A stretch of 64,000 nucleotides of DNA from Iphione sp. A-MEVVRFRX5. Taxonomy: Eukaryota. Both the position numbers and the translations under genes were made by a program. Shown here in pieces: positions 22,317 through 36,768 of this stretch; position 1 is the first letter of the stretch; the number at the start of each line of letters is the position of its first letter. The notes beneath the pieces are model-generated. The model saw only the letters and a list, made by a program, of their open reading frames with translations, did not search any database and was not told the origin of the DNA. Location: assembly GCA_976226885.1 (NCBI GenBank), contig OZ320319.1, positions 68,758,001 through 68,822,000 of the forward strand, in the 5' to 3' direction.

Positions 22317-25300
22317 GAGTTCTGCATTTTCTGATGAACGATTCTGCCTAATCTGATGTGGCTGGAGACTATTAACAGCCTACACGGACTGTGTTCGATT
22401 TCACTTCTTGTTAAAGCTGACAGACTATGTGACAAAGCTCATGAATAACAGAATACATAATAAGAAACCCTTGCAAAAGAACGTGAAAATTGAGCATCAC
22501 TAAAAGTTCTATACCTGCAAACAAGTCCATATTCGGGCCTCTGAAGAAGGGTGACTGTAGTGGGTCACTCGAGAGGGGAAAGGCAAGCCGTTTAATCAAA
22601 CTTATTAATTTAAGGCAGATTGAGACTGTCTGCGTTTTAACGGTTTTATAATTGTGCGGCATATTCACAATGATTGGTCGCTCCTCTTATGAATACTCAA
22701 ATTACATTCCCAAGTTATGTTTCATTCATATAGTTTGGAAGATAAATATCCATTCACAACTAAGGACTCTTTATCTGAAAACTGACAAAGTTTAAAGATC
22801 ATCTTCATTTGAAAGGCATATATTTGTGCAACAGGCCCAACCAACAGAGGGCCAACAGGTTTGTCTGAGCCTCCCAACAGTATCCGGGTTCGAGACAGCG
22901 AATGGGTGAACGAACCGAAAGTTAAAATAAGAGCTTTAAACTCTATGAATCCATTCTTCTGAGCTAGCTGACAATAGATCGACTGGCAGGAATCCCCTTG
23001 TAACTTGAACCATGCAAGCAACATAAACCATTAACTTAGTTTGCAGAATTACGTAGACTCGGAATAGTTTTAGGTCACCTCAGCACAGATCTTCTGAGGC
23101 TACCACATGTACTGTATGTGGCCCATTGAGATTTCCATATTTTTTATAGCCGTGGGAGGACATGCCTAGCGTCCTTCTGCTAGGATACTTTAACAATAAC
23201 ACGCCTGAATTCCTTGATGTCGTCGGTGGATCAATATGAGTTTCATTAACATGGCTTAGGGAGTCTGTATGTGCAGGTAGTCTCGATGCAGGAGGTAGCA
23301 AATACATACAGTTGGACAAGGACTATTCCAGCGATGTTTTAACGTTACTGTTTACTACCTAAATCATGTATTAACATACCTGTTATGCTCTTACACCATG
23401 GGGACGTTTTAATGAGGCTTAGGGATTCCAGACATATATGTACCCTTGGGGGCTTATGCAAAGCATATAATTTCATAGCACAATCACTGTACATGTCTTT
23501 TGAATTGTGCACTGTATAATGAAAAGCCAAGAAGCAAATGATCTTGTTCTACACACAGAGTATTTGTTTCATTTCAGTCTCGAATATATTTGCTATCGAA
23601 AATAGTTAATAATTTCTACAGTCCTTTTGGTCCGATGGTGCCGCATCCAGGTTAGTGCGAGAGGTGTTTGTCAACCATACAACGTTCTACAGGAATATAA
23701 GGGGATACTCGCATCACTTAATCCAGTTTTGATTTACAAGTTTTATGCAAGAGAAAGTTAAGACCGCTTTTTCATCACTTGAACACAGGCTTAAATGATG
23801 ACATCTCTCTTTTCACTGCCGTCCTTGGATGCGGACCGCCGGGATAAAAAAAAAACACAGAGAATAACCTTCGTCCCGGGCGGCGTGGATCACGGAGGGG
23901 TTCCATGTGTATCCTGCGCTTGCTTGCTTGTTTTCACTCCCATAACCTTGACGCGCGGGTAACCCTCGACAAGAAAACAATTAATGTCTTCTCTTGGTCA
24001 TGTTCAGATGGCCAAGATCAAGGGTCACAATGGAAAAAAAGGGGGGGATCGAATCCTAATTAAAAGGAGACTAAAAAAATCCGTGGTGAGTTATCCTTTT
24101 GTTTGGTTGCAGCGGAGAGTCAAGAAGCGTCCGACATACCTTTGCGTGATTAACGCCTGGGTGCTATTTATGTGCTTGCATTAATGAAGGGAAACAAAAC
24201 AATGTGCTTGATTAAATTTTTGTTTGAGTGAAAAGGCCAGTTACTGGAGTTAAATCAAACTACCACAGTAAGGTTTGCCTGGGTGGATCGCGGAATGCCC
24301 TGCCTAATCGGGAAGAAAAGTAAGCCGCCAGTGGTTTGGCTTCAGAGCTGGTCGTCACTACTAGATTTATACGGCGGCGTGTGTGAATCTCAAAGCTCTA
24401 GAACAAAAAAAAAACAAGTTGGATTATCAGAGCTCATCCGATATCCTGTGCATTTTAAATGCAAATTCATAATTGAATATTGTCAATATAATAGAGACGG
24501 ATGGGTTAAGTGAATGGCAGTGTTGTCATGCTGGGGATTGCCTCACTGAGCGAGCACGTGACAAGCCTGGCTGGCCAGGATTAGCCAGCGTTGTAACGCA
24601 TGAATCGATGTGGGAAGTAACACACAAAAACACTGAGGACGTTTCCGGTGGCATCCACAACCCCTTCCTACACAGCGACTCTAGTCATCCACATCGCCCC
24701 ATTTATACAAACAACGTCGGGGGGAAAAAAGGCCTTACCTTCATCTTGTTATCGCAGTCTGCTTCCAGAAGTCTTTTTGCTCGCCACTCAATTGTGCGAG
24801 TCTGGCTACCGGCTCCTATTTCTCACACACGCGCAGCGTTTAGTCGATAAAAATAAGAAAGTTATTCTGCCGGAGAAGTAACTCTCATTGACATAAAGCT
24901 ACCCCTCGATGTGTTCGAGTATTATAACATTGCAAAAGCCTCTCTATTGCATTGACTCTGGGTCTGCCACACGCGCTGCTATTTCATAAAAGCAAGGTAT
25001 CGCCTTAATTAGTGGAATGGACGGTGGCAAGTCGCGCTTTGACATCCTCAGACAGACAATAATTTACTCATTTCGTAAGCACTCATCTGTATATCATCTA
25101 AATAGGCATACTATATTTCTAGTCTAACGGCAGGTATACTGGTATATGGATTCCGCAAAGAATCCTAAGATCTATCATAACAGACATGGGCCATTAGGCG
25201 GTCAAGAGGGGGGGGGGTGGCTGGTAGATTTGTATTATTTTAGATAAAAGATATCTTGTGATCAAACGACTTTCATCTTCATACATTAGCTGAAATGAAA

Positions 25301-26965
25301 TATTTTTTCATATCCCAAAATCGCTCTAGCACAAAGAGTATAATGGACAGGTTTAATAAGTCTGAGTTTTCATAACCCATCAGCAACGCATTCTGCATCA
25401 ACGTAATTTAACTTGCAAATAAATGAGAAACAAGCATACATAGAAAGAAAATTCTAATTTCTTCCGAACATGCAAGGGAACACATCCGGAAAAAGGCTGC
25501 TGCCCATATTTTACTTCTTAGATCAATACACGACTAATGCAACCTTTAACTAATAGACACGAAAAAAGAAGTTCGAAAATAGTAGTTGCTGAATGTAAAA
25601 ATCCATTCCCCGTTTTTAGGCTTTAATGAAAAGCTAACGCCACGCTCATTATCAATGTCGCCTTCGATTGGCTTTCGTCTATAATGCAAATCAAGAGATT
25701 ACTTGTAGTATTTTAATACTGAGCCCTAACTCATGATACATGAGTACATTTTCTAATTCTTAATCGTTCCTGCTACTATACATTTTCCAATTCACTGTAC
25801 CAGATAACCGCATCAGTTTCATGAAAGCAATGTACAGGGCTGTGCATTAAATAAACTAATCTCAATGCGGAATTTCTAGTTGTATAGAGTGTTGGCGTCA
25901 AGGACTGAGCCAAATCCTACCTTCTCCTTGCCCCCCCCCCTCCCCCGATAACGGTTCCGCTATATATGCCTGGTTCCTATGTTCATGGTGGTGATGTCTC
26001 CAGAACCAGGTTTGTAGTGTCACATGTCATTACACATGACGCAGTGAACTTCTGCTGGTCGCCCAGACGACTCAAAGATATCAATACATAAATAGATATC
26101 CATATGTATAAATTTATGTATATATCATACATGTATACAGTAGACTAACAGGCAGGCACCATGGAGACGCCTGAATCTGCCTATCTGAAAGAGTTGTCTG
26201 GCCAATTGGCTTAAAGGTGGTCTCCCCTTCCTCCTCCCCTCCACCTCCTCCTTCATTCCATTTTCCCCTCTCACCAAATTGCGAACTGCCCATGGCAAAC
26301 CTTCCCGTAAGAAAATCGGGGAAAAGATTAATTTCCAGCGAATTTCAACAGGAAAGAACAACGTGTTTAAAATTTCGGCTGCAAAAACCTAATTTGAAGT
26401 GAATTTTACAGGAAAAGCCAACATCCAGGGAATTACAGAGGAAAACACATGCATGTGCTCTTTCTATTGATTATGACAGTGTTAAAGGACTGCCCAACAT
26501 GTGATTGACACGGGATCAATGCCTCTTTTCAAGGTTGCGCGCTCCTATCGGCATATTGTATAACAATGTAGAGTTACCTCAACCAGTTTCGGTGAGGTTC
26601 GACCGAGGTGTCCTTTACCGGGGACTGTCTGGCTATTTTCTATCCAGTAAAGGCTGGTAAAATCTATGTGGAGCAGAAGACAAATGTCTGTCATCTTGTG
26701 TAGCTATAATTTTATAACAAAGTTGCTTGGCACTTGAATTGTTAGTGCCTGTACAAACCAAAGGACTGGACAAAGCAAGAACCTCCTTTGGAGGCAACGA
26801 TCTTAATAACTCTGTTATCCTGTGTTAACCCGGTATCAGGCATAATTTATTCACGTGTGAATTGCCGTTCCATTTGTTTTAGCAAGCCAAAGTCCTTAGA
26901 CTTTCAGGGTACATGTATCAAACCAACTCTTAGCCTAGGTAAACCTGATAGGAAGAATAGAACAT

Positions 26966-27550
26966 TGTAGGCTAAAGCCTAGGTTTAGTGACACTACTGG
27001 TAAAAGGGATCATTGAGTGCAAGGCTTGGGGTCAATGAGTGCAACTTCTGATGCCACTATTACATATACTTGAAGGTCATTGAGTGCAGTTTGATGACCT
27101 CATAGAAATTTCCACTACTGTGTTACTGTGCTGTGATTGGTTGATGATCTAATAGAAATTTCCACTACTAGGTTACTCTACTCTGATTAGCTGGTCGGAG
27201 ATCACCCCACCTCCGATATTAGGTATTAAAGCTGTGATTAGTTACTGGGAGATCACCCCATATCTCCTAATATGGTGGGAGCTCTCTGATTGGTGGAAAA
27301 CATTCTATAAATTGTTACTTTGTATCTTTTATAAGGGAAAGTGTACTGATTGGCTGAAAACATTCTTTCTAATGAGATACATTTTTGCAACTGATGGAAC
27401 TCTATTTTGATTGGTTAGCCAGTGAGGCTAGGCCTCTGATTGGTGGATTAGCACTTAGAAAGGCTAAATAAACACTGGTTTTGGAGGGAAATAAACAGTT
27501 TGGAACCAGCAACTTTGGTGTTCAGAGCAACTTTATTGGTCTACTTTACA
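26966..27550 (+). mobile_element. Probable solo LTR (585 bp) of an LTR retrotransposon, Gypsy-like
   Basis: Starts TGTA and ends TACA, flanked by a 4-bp direct repeat ACAT (26962-26965 and 27551-27554). Internal repeated TGATT(G/A)G boxes; AATAAA at 27467 and 27490 near the 3' end; no coding region. Confidence 0.6.
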
Positions 27551-30500
27551 ACATTATTACAAAGGTCCAATAAGGATGGTATTAGCACAACAAGCTCCCT
27601 GCAGTTCTGAGAACAAATTTGCAAAGTTATGACATGTAAATAGCTTATACATTGCCAATATAGTTATCAATTCAACAACACATAGATGTTTTGACAAAAA
27701 TACCATTAAAGAAGTTGCTCCATGCAATTCCGTCAAATATTTGCCTAAAATGCTGGCAGAACGAAGATTATCTTTCATAATACATCGTCCAAACTAAACT
27801 TATCTACCCATGTTCTGTTGGTTGGTCGTATTTAATTCTTTCTATCGAATATAATCTAAAAGGAGTCAAGTTACTCTTATAATATTTCTTTTTAGATTTA
27901 TGGAACCATATGTTTTGTGTCTAGAAATACAGTGTTTAGAGAAAAGAACCAAAAGGTGGCACCGTTTGCAGATGGGAGAAGGAATTTTATATAGGAATCC
28001 ACTTGTAATTACTTCATCATGATGCTTCCACACTTCAATATCTCTTCCCCTTGCCCCTGTAAACATTGAGTGCAAGTGCCGAAGACCCTTAATTGTATAT
28101 CTTTAAAGTATAAATGAACTACTAGACTCTTCAGTATTTTATGATACATTTTGTCTAATTCTACCTAACCGTATTAGGTAGGACGCTGACCGGCAAAAAT
28201 ATAGCACGAATTGCTGAGTTTCAAACGCTAAACGGACATTTGATGAGGAGTACAGCCAGCCTAAAGTGAGCGTTGCATTCACCTAGACCTACCCGCAAAG
28301 AATCGTGTCTTCTTTCAAATATGTCAATCATTAAAAGTTCACCTGAACTGCCATGAACTAACGTGCAGAGTGTGTTTGATTAGGAAAGGTGACAGTAGTC
28401 TCATTCGTGCAGGGATATTTATCGCAAGGGTAGCTGAGATGTGCCGGTGTGCTGAGATAATTGGCGTCAAAAGTAAAACACTTCAGAACGAAGTCATCGA
28501 CTGTTTACAAGCTTGAGAATAATTATGTGGAACAAAACCCAAGGGACTTTTTGTGTACACAAAACGGGTGATGATGGGAGAAAACAAATAAGAGCATTGC
28601 TGAAATGAACAGAAGGCCTAACAATGTACCCATCGCAAATTATTATGATGATGGGATTATAGGGGTATAGGCTATACTGTTGTTGAATAACCTTAAGTAG
28701 TATTTATGCAGCAATGTGACGTAATATTGAATCAATCTTTCAACCACTGAGCATGTTTTTCTCTTTTTATCTCATACTGTTTACTGTAATGATCAATTTT
28801 CTTGACTGAAATAAAGGACCATCCCTTAAATAGAGTTTGGAGTTGCTCGTATCAATACATAAATACATATATTTAGAGAGAGAAGTAAAGACAAGAAGTT
28901 AAACTGTAGTGTAGCAGAGGCGGATGCCTAGAGCATTAAACATTACGCCACAGAAAAAGGATCGATCAGAGGATATTCTACAGCTAAGTCGGATCCCACC
29001 CGGGGCCAAAACTTGCGTCATACCAAAGGCCGAGGCCTCGGGCCAGACCAGACAAAGGGATGAGGTTATTTCTTTTAAATCATTACCCCTTTGTTCCAGT
29101 AAGAGTACAAAAATATTTGCCCGTCGTGTGCAGTGATCCAATACATGTACGTATTCATAAACTACAGACGCAACCGTTCATCCGTAAAGCTAGATTTCAG
29201 TTCTGTGTGCCTAATCGAAACAATCCAATCAGCAGCGTCATCAGCAGCAAGAGGCTCAATAAGTGGCCCGTTTATTTAACAGACAACCGTCTCTTGGGTC
29301 CGACCATAACGACTGGAGATGAAAGCTTCGTGGGCCATGGGCTCTAGGTGAGATGTAGCTATCACATGTAGTCCACCTTGGGGGATATTTCGTGGCGGGC
29401 CGGTCTTCAAGTCCGGTGGAGTTACCTGGCTTACAATACTCTGGTAGATGATACTGCCGGAGATTCATTCGGCGAGATGGATTATCAGCTGAAAAGCCCT
29501 TTGTGGCTCTTGGTAATCCTTCACGAAAGACAGCTCATCTGGCTCACGACGGTAAAGCTAGCAGACATACATGTAGTAGTAAAACGAAGCAGCTGCTTGA
29601 TGTATTTGGAAAGTTTGGCCTGAAGCGATTAGGTCCGTTCCTCTGCGCTTGGTATCGTGCCTCAACCCCAGTTCCTGAAAACGGTAGCCTACAGGATAGA
29701 GGTTTAGTATCGGTGTCAGCACAAAGAGACGAACCTAATCGGCTTCCTAATGCAGCTAACTGTACGCATTGAAAAAAGGAATGGAGACGTTCAAAAGGAA
29801 GCATTCCCTGTGGCTCCGTATGAAGTATCAGTTTGGTACTTGACACTAACTAGTACACATTTCAATCCAAGAAATATTTTTTACTTGTTTTTTAATGACT
29901 AAGCATTTGTATTTTTTGCGCCTTTAAAATTGGAACACATGGACTCTGGTAAAGACGGCTTCAGTTGGACTTGGGCGGTGACCATGGGCATTCGGGTGAT
30001 AATGTCATAACCGGAATTCCCTGGCAAAGGAAGTTATGCTAATTGCAAGGAAAACTTGTGTGAGTTGAGGTGCATTTTAGGGAAGGGTTGTGATCAATTA
30101 CGGAGACAAGGAGAGATAAAGAGATGGGGAGAGTCGGGCAGAAGGAGGAGAGAGACAGAAAGACCTTCACCTGGAAATAGCCCGATGTACAACAGTCTGT
30201 ACAAGTACATGTATTAAAACCTGATGTTATCGTGAAGCATCGTGTAACAGCCGACACAATAAAAAAAGATTGTATCGGAGAATGCGAATTGTTTATGATA
30301 ATGAAGACAGAATAGTTGTATACGCCAAAACGATGTGATTGCAAGTTATTAATCTCTGTTTGAAATGCAACGCAGAAGAGAAGCTTCTTCTGCCCAAGGA
30401 GCATTTCAGTGATACTCGTGTGTTATTTGGAAAACCTCCACGTAGTGGAGAGAAACTCAATAAGCTGGACAAAAAGTTGGAAAGGTTGGAACATTAATGC

Positions 30501-33500
30501 GACAAAGGAAAGTGCTGGTCAAGCGTTCTTCCCATGCATATCATTTGTACCCAAGAGTAATGTTAATTGGTTTAGAACTTGATAAAGTATCCTCCGTAGT
30601 ATTTTTGTCCTTATAGTATTCATTTAATTGTTCTTGAGCTTATTTAAAAGGGAACTGTTATCGAGATCAATTGTGGAATAAAATGCATTTACTTGAGAAA
30701 AATCCACAACGTTGACATCACAGAAGTAAGTATGAGTGACAATTTTCGAATATTGTTACCATTCTATCAAAACACAATTCCACCAGTTGAATACTTAACC
30801 AGGAAAATACTCAAATGTCTCAACTCTAGATCATCACCAAACATTTCCAAAATTATCGATTCGATAATCAAAGGAAAATAAATTATTAATGACCTGAGAT
30901 GGCCAAGATTGCTCCGGTACGCTTTAAAACGAAATCTCTATCAAGTAACTATAGATCTGTATCAGCACTTAATGTCTTTTCAAGATAGAGAAAAAGTCCA
31001 CAAACAGATCATTTATATTGGGATAAATGATAAACTGCGTAACAAACAAGGTGTAAACACGTGTTTTCAACAATGGAAAAAGCTTTTAATATACATGATA
31101 ACCCTGTGTTTCTAAGAAAACAGAGCTACAAAACATTATGTTGTTTCCCTGCACGATCTAAACATACCAATTTGTACTCCTTATGCTGGTAAGTCGCAAT
31201 CAATTTAGCACTATAAAACCATCTAAACGTTAGACTTACAGAAAATGCTGTACTGATTAAAAGCACGGCAGAAAGTTTTATGGACAGCTTTAACAGATAT
31301 CACTCACAATTAGATATCATTCACAACTATTTACCTTTACCAAATGAACCGAAGGGCCTGTTAACACTAAGGAGTAAAATACGCTTGAAAAGCCATCACT
31401 AACTTCATGGGCTGGGACAGTCAAAGGTATAAAGGTTAAAATAATTCGACCGGGACCCCATTGAAAGCCATTTGGTAATCAAACTTTTATCTTTCGTTTA
31501 AATATCTCACAGAAGTTTGGGACTTGGCTTCGATTTGGACACTTTCACCGAGAACCCAGGTTTTCTCGCATAGCGAAGTTTTAGTATAGGAGAGTTTCTT
31601 CAGACCTTTTCTTATTATAGACGTTTTAGAACATCAGTATTAGGTAAGCTCATACCATCCACCATTCATTGAAGTATGAATAATGTACATTATATCACGC
31701 TCTTTGCATAATGTGAAACAATGGGCATGAAAAGGCCAACTCCACAAACAGTCTGAGCATTGAAAGCATGTCAATTGTATTGACGCAAAGCTACTCTTCC
31801 TGTACAGAATCTGAAATTGCCACAAATAAATGAGTAGTGTAGTTAATCGTAACAATTGCTTTTGAAAACCAGAAATATACGTGCGTAGGGGCTATAAATA
31901 CCTGTGACTGGAAGAGCTTGATTAGGTTTTATTGTTTCTTTGCTGCTATCTTAGTTGAATACCCAACACAGAGAAATGGGATGACATCTGCAGAGTTCCA
32001 TATGATCACTTCGAATGATTGTATGTGAATTGAAGGAATGTAAAATCCAAGGAAGCAGAATTTCGCGTCAACTGCAAGGCTGACACTTGTGTCTGTAATA
32101 AAACAGATCCAGAATGTGTTTTTCCCTCAAAGTTCTGGGGAACCTCTCCTTTCTGTTAGAAAAACATGCATTAACAGATGTGTACGTTAAGAAAGAATCA
32201 GGACAGCATAGGAAAGATAGACTTTGATGGTCTCAGAAATACATTCATCTGCCGTTTACCGAGTGGGCCGATGTCATCACTTCATATACAGTGCATGGGA
32301 TGCCACACAAATACCTCATTAATATCCTCCACCAGAGCCTTGGAGTGATGCTGCAAAGGAGAAATATGATAATGAGTCCCTCCGTTTTGCTCAATACTTA
32401 GCTGGTCTTGCTAAAAAGATGAGACGAAAGCTAAAATTAAGTTCTCCAGGAAACCCTCTAAGCACATTTACGAGGAGCTGATGAAGAGAGTATTATCATG
32501 TAATGGCCATCTATAAGACAAAGGAAACAGTCGTAATATATATAATATATGTCCACAGTTAGTTTCGTGAAGCAGAATTAACGAAAAATAAAAACGTGTC
32601 CCAATGCAATAATTCACGCATGTTCTTTTTTCCTATTATCATCAATAATGGCCCTGATGTTATGTGGAAGGACGGAACATCTCCAGATTCATCAAGACGA
32701 AGATAATAGACAAACGTCTCCTCAAATTGGTCATAGCATAATGACAAGCTATATGTATGGGCTAAAGATTTCAAGTGAGCATATCGACAGTTTTCAGTGG
32801 ACCTACTAGATAGGCCACTTTCACTGTGTAAAAAAATCAGAATGTGTAATTTTATAACATAAGCTTACTTTTCGGTACCAGGTTTTCACCCGTACTTCTG
32901 CATATAAAATAGACAAGAGTCTAAAAGCACATAGAAAGGGTAACTAAAGCCCGAGGTTTGTGTATTTAGACGACTTCGTACTTGTTGATGATGGTTACAA
33001 CCATGCTATAAAGGCTTACAATACCATGGCCTTAGATTCTGTCTTCTCGGTGATTAGCTTTCACAAAAGAGAAAATCATAACTCCCACTACAAGTATTAC
33101 CTACCAAGTATTACCTAGTTAGGAATAATATATGATAAATAGATTCGCAAGGGAGGATCTACTAAGGTTTAAAAGGTACTGAAAATGGTTCAATGTTATC
33201 TTTTCTATTATGCAAAACTCCCAGGAGGAACATATACTATGTGCCGCTTCGCTAAAACCAGACGGAACATATACAGGTCTTTATTACTATATTTATCAGC
33301 CCACTCTAAAACAGCGATCCTTCCACATCGCACAATTAGAGACAATGCATTTCGCACTGATAATAAGGAGTATAAGGTAGATACTTTAAGGACATATTTG
33401 TATATTGTGACAGTTCTGTTATAGCTGCCGCTTGTACATATGATTGAATCAAATATTCTGATGATTGTGGCTATATCTATATGGTATGAGCAAGCCACAG

Positions 33501-36500
33501 GAGGTATGAAGATCAGATTAAACACATTCCAGGAAGGGACAAGACGTATGCTGAGGACCTTTTCATATTAGAAACTTCTTATCAAGCAATATATGACAGA
33601 TTCATTGACCAGTTTCCAGGTATAAGTAAAATTTCCCACACATACTTCTATGTGAACCAAAACTACAGTTTTAAATTCAAGACAGATTCCTACATGCACT
33701 GGCAAAAGAAGCTGCTGCAAGGCAACAGAGGGGCATTACAACCAGAATCACTTCGGGCTCGAAAATCAAGTTGGAAAAAGGATTCTTTTATATTATGCCC
33801 GTTCAAGTAGTAGATTTCACCGATGTACATATACATTTATATGGAGTATAATTGCTTTTATTAATCTAACCTGTTTAATAACGGTAAGATATCGTTCTTT
33901 TCCTCTAGCATTTGAAACCATTTTCCAGAAGTCTGATTGGAATTGATGGTTCTCTTTTTCATTGGAATGGAAACTTTTTTCCATCATGTTTATCCTTTCT
34001 TTCATCCAGCTTTCTGAACTGAGCGAATATTAGTTCAACAGGAGATTTAGAACTGTCTACTACAAATACATGTACCAACACATCTATTTGTCATGTCTAT
34101 ACCAAATAGCTAAAATCCCATGTCATCATAAAAGGTTATTCTCTATCCTGAGCCCACAAATAATAGTGTGGCAGATGCACGTTGTCGGATCTCTGGCATC
34201 CGACTCCGTGGTCCAACCAGGTGATCTGATGGTTACAAATCCAACAAGATGTATATCATATGTTGGATGTCAGATTCTGGAAGTATTGTGAAATAGTTAT
34301 CTATTGTGTAATCACTGTTTATTGTAACATCTAAGTATTGCACAAGTTTAATGTGAAATCATGGTATTGCATAAGCTACTTCGGCTTTGAATGTCTATAA
34401 AGGACACAACTTTTTTGAATAAACAGACATTTTCTCCTTGCACCTTGAGAGAGTTACATCCAGCAGAAGTCCTGTAGTGGAGTGAACCAGATTTTGCTGT
34501 GTTGTTGTTGTTTCTCGTGGATCTCTGCCCTTCTGGCCCATTGGTTAGAAATCACCAAGCGCTGGCACGTTACAATACTGTGAGGACAATGTTTACAATT
34601 CCCTGCACAGTGGACAAAATCTGAAAATCTAAAATTGCCTATATTTTATTTATGGTCATTGGAAACCACAAAGGAACACATGCATCAATGCTTTAAAAAA
34701 ACTATAAACTCTGATTCGATGAGGTGTGTGGAGTTCTTGCATAGGTAACCGTCAACTCCACCTTGAGGCTATTTCCACAGCTGATACAGCTTGAGAAAAC
34801 ATTCTAGGTATTTCTGGACTCGACAATTACATTACTGAACAGACAAGAAAGTGCACACTAATTTCTTCTCAGCTGAAAGATTTGTGCCAAGTACAATGAT
34901 GCACTTGATAAGCCATTTGGTTCGAGATTTGACATTGCCCGACAAAGGTTATGGATTTACAATGACAGCTTTGACCATTTTATCGGTAAAGTTTCTAACC
35001 ATGATTAATTATACAACCAATAACGTAACAATGCAAAAACAGGTGGAAAAACTGAAACTCTTCACTGTAAAGTAGCCAACCACGAGAACGGGATTTATTA
35101 GGCATTGCCTTTGTCGCTTTTTCAAGTCACTCATTCGATTTCCCACTTCATCAAGGAAGCGTCTTCTTGAATCTTTAAACAGGCGTGAACTGATTTGATT
35201 GCCTATGATTAACACAAAATAAGGATTGAATCTGATTTTAACAGCGCGGGGAACAAAGGTATCTTTCATTAACCTTTGCTACGGTAGGAGGTAAATTACC
35301 GCTGCTTGTGTCTTGTCTAAAATGCTGGCGGTGTTTCTCATTTTTATCCTCGTATAATTATGTTACTGCCTAGCTGTCTAAATGTGTGGGCTTGACATCT
35401 GTCGTGTTTTGACCGATTTGTCTCGACTACTTTTGTCGAAGTATGAAGGTCAAATACAAAGTAAGATTTAGTCCATACCGGAAAAGATTTCAGTGGGGAC
35501 CACACCTTCACTAATTAAGAGATGGTTGTAACAGGAATAGTGTTGTGTGCAATTAATACATCCAATCTAAGGCTACAAATGAGTCTCGTTTCTATTCACT
35601 GCCACGTAGCAACGTCATCGGGAGCAAAGATGCTAACGTGGTATTAACACATCTAAAACTGTTTTTGTCCATCTAAACAAATCTCTTTCATCAAGGAACC
35701 AGTCATGAGGTCGCGAATGATAAACAGAAAGGTAGTCCCCGTTAACCTTGATGAAATACACAGAACAATAACATCCATCTGCTTGAAAACAGTTGTGAGA
35801 AACGACGAGAATATTGTCAGATCCATTAACATTATCTCTGGAAGGAAATCATTAGTTTTCAGTTACCCATAAAAAATACTTTACTCGAAATGCTTATTTT
35901 GCCACAGTTACCAAAACATATGAAATAGGCTTGAGGGGGGAGAGGTGATACCTTGATCTGAAATAAGTATACGCTGTGCAACTATAATTATATATACATG
36001 TACTGAAATTAATTCCATTCCGACCCAAAATGGTCGCAATGGTCGGCTTGGTCGCAAAGTGATGAGGTCGCAAAGTAAGGTTCTCCTGTACATAACTATG
36101 TAGAGTATAATTGTACATCGACTGAACCACAATGAATTTCTGAGAAAATATTGAAAAAAAATCAAAAATTACTTTCTCCTTTACGAAGTGGAGTTTATCA
36201 CGCAGGACGTTATGTTTAGTGCTCTGTGGACTGTCTGAACGGATGAACAATCTCCAGAATGCCGGGGAAAGATGCACAAAGACTGCAAAAGAGTAGCTGC
36301 AGTCACTATGTTGAAGGCACTGCTCCGAGGCATGACAACAAGATCAAGAAAGGATGAAGCTGGGATTCTGGAACGGAAAAGATACGGTCTCCATTGAATG
36401 AAGCTATATGCTCAAAGCATTGCTCATGCGGGAAGCCATGGGCGTGAGAGATGGCCTGACGGAGTCACGTGGAGAGCCGACTAGCAAGGACAAGCAGACG

Positions 36501-36733
36501 ATCATTTTGAACATTTTGATAGGACAGGCTTTAACTAGATATCTGAGAGGGGGGATTCTTTTTCTTCAAGCGGACCAGTTTAAAGACTGAAATGTATAAT
36601 TTTAAGTTGTTTTAGTTTAACATATATCACCCGATCATGAGTTCCGTTTCATTATTGGTGGGAATAGTATGTGCAATATGAACCAAGAGAACTAAATTCA
36701 GCTCCCTCGCATTCGGCGAAACAAAACGCGCGC

Positions 36734-36768
36734 GTGTGTGTGTTGTGTGTGTGTGTGTGTGTGTGTGT
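36734..36768. repeat. (GT)n microsatellite
   Basis: Near-perfect GT dinucleotide run. Confidence 0.95.

Noticed and set aside
23150-23320. LIHRRHQGIQAC (minus strand) resembling the Gypsy integrase zinc-binding motif
   Set aside because: No second Cys pair in register and no DDE core downstream.
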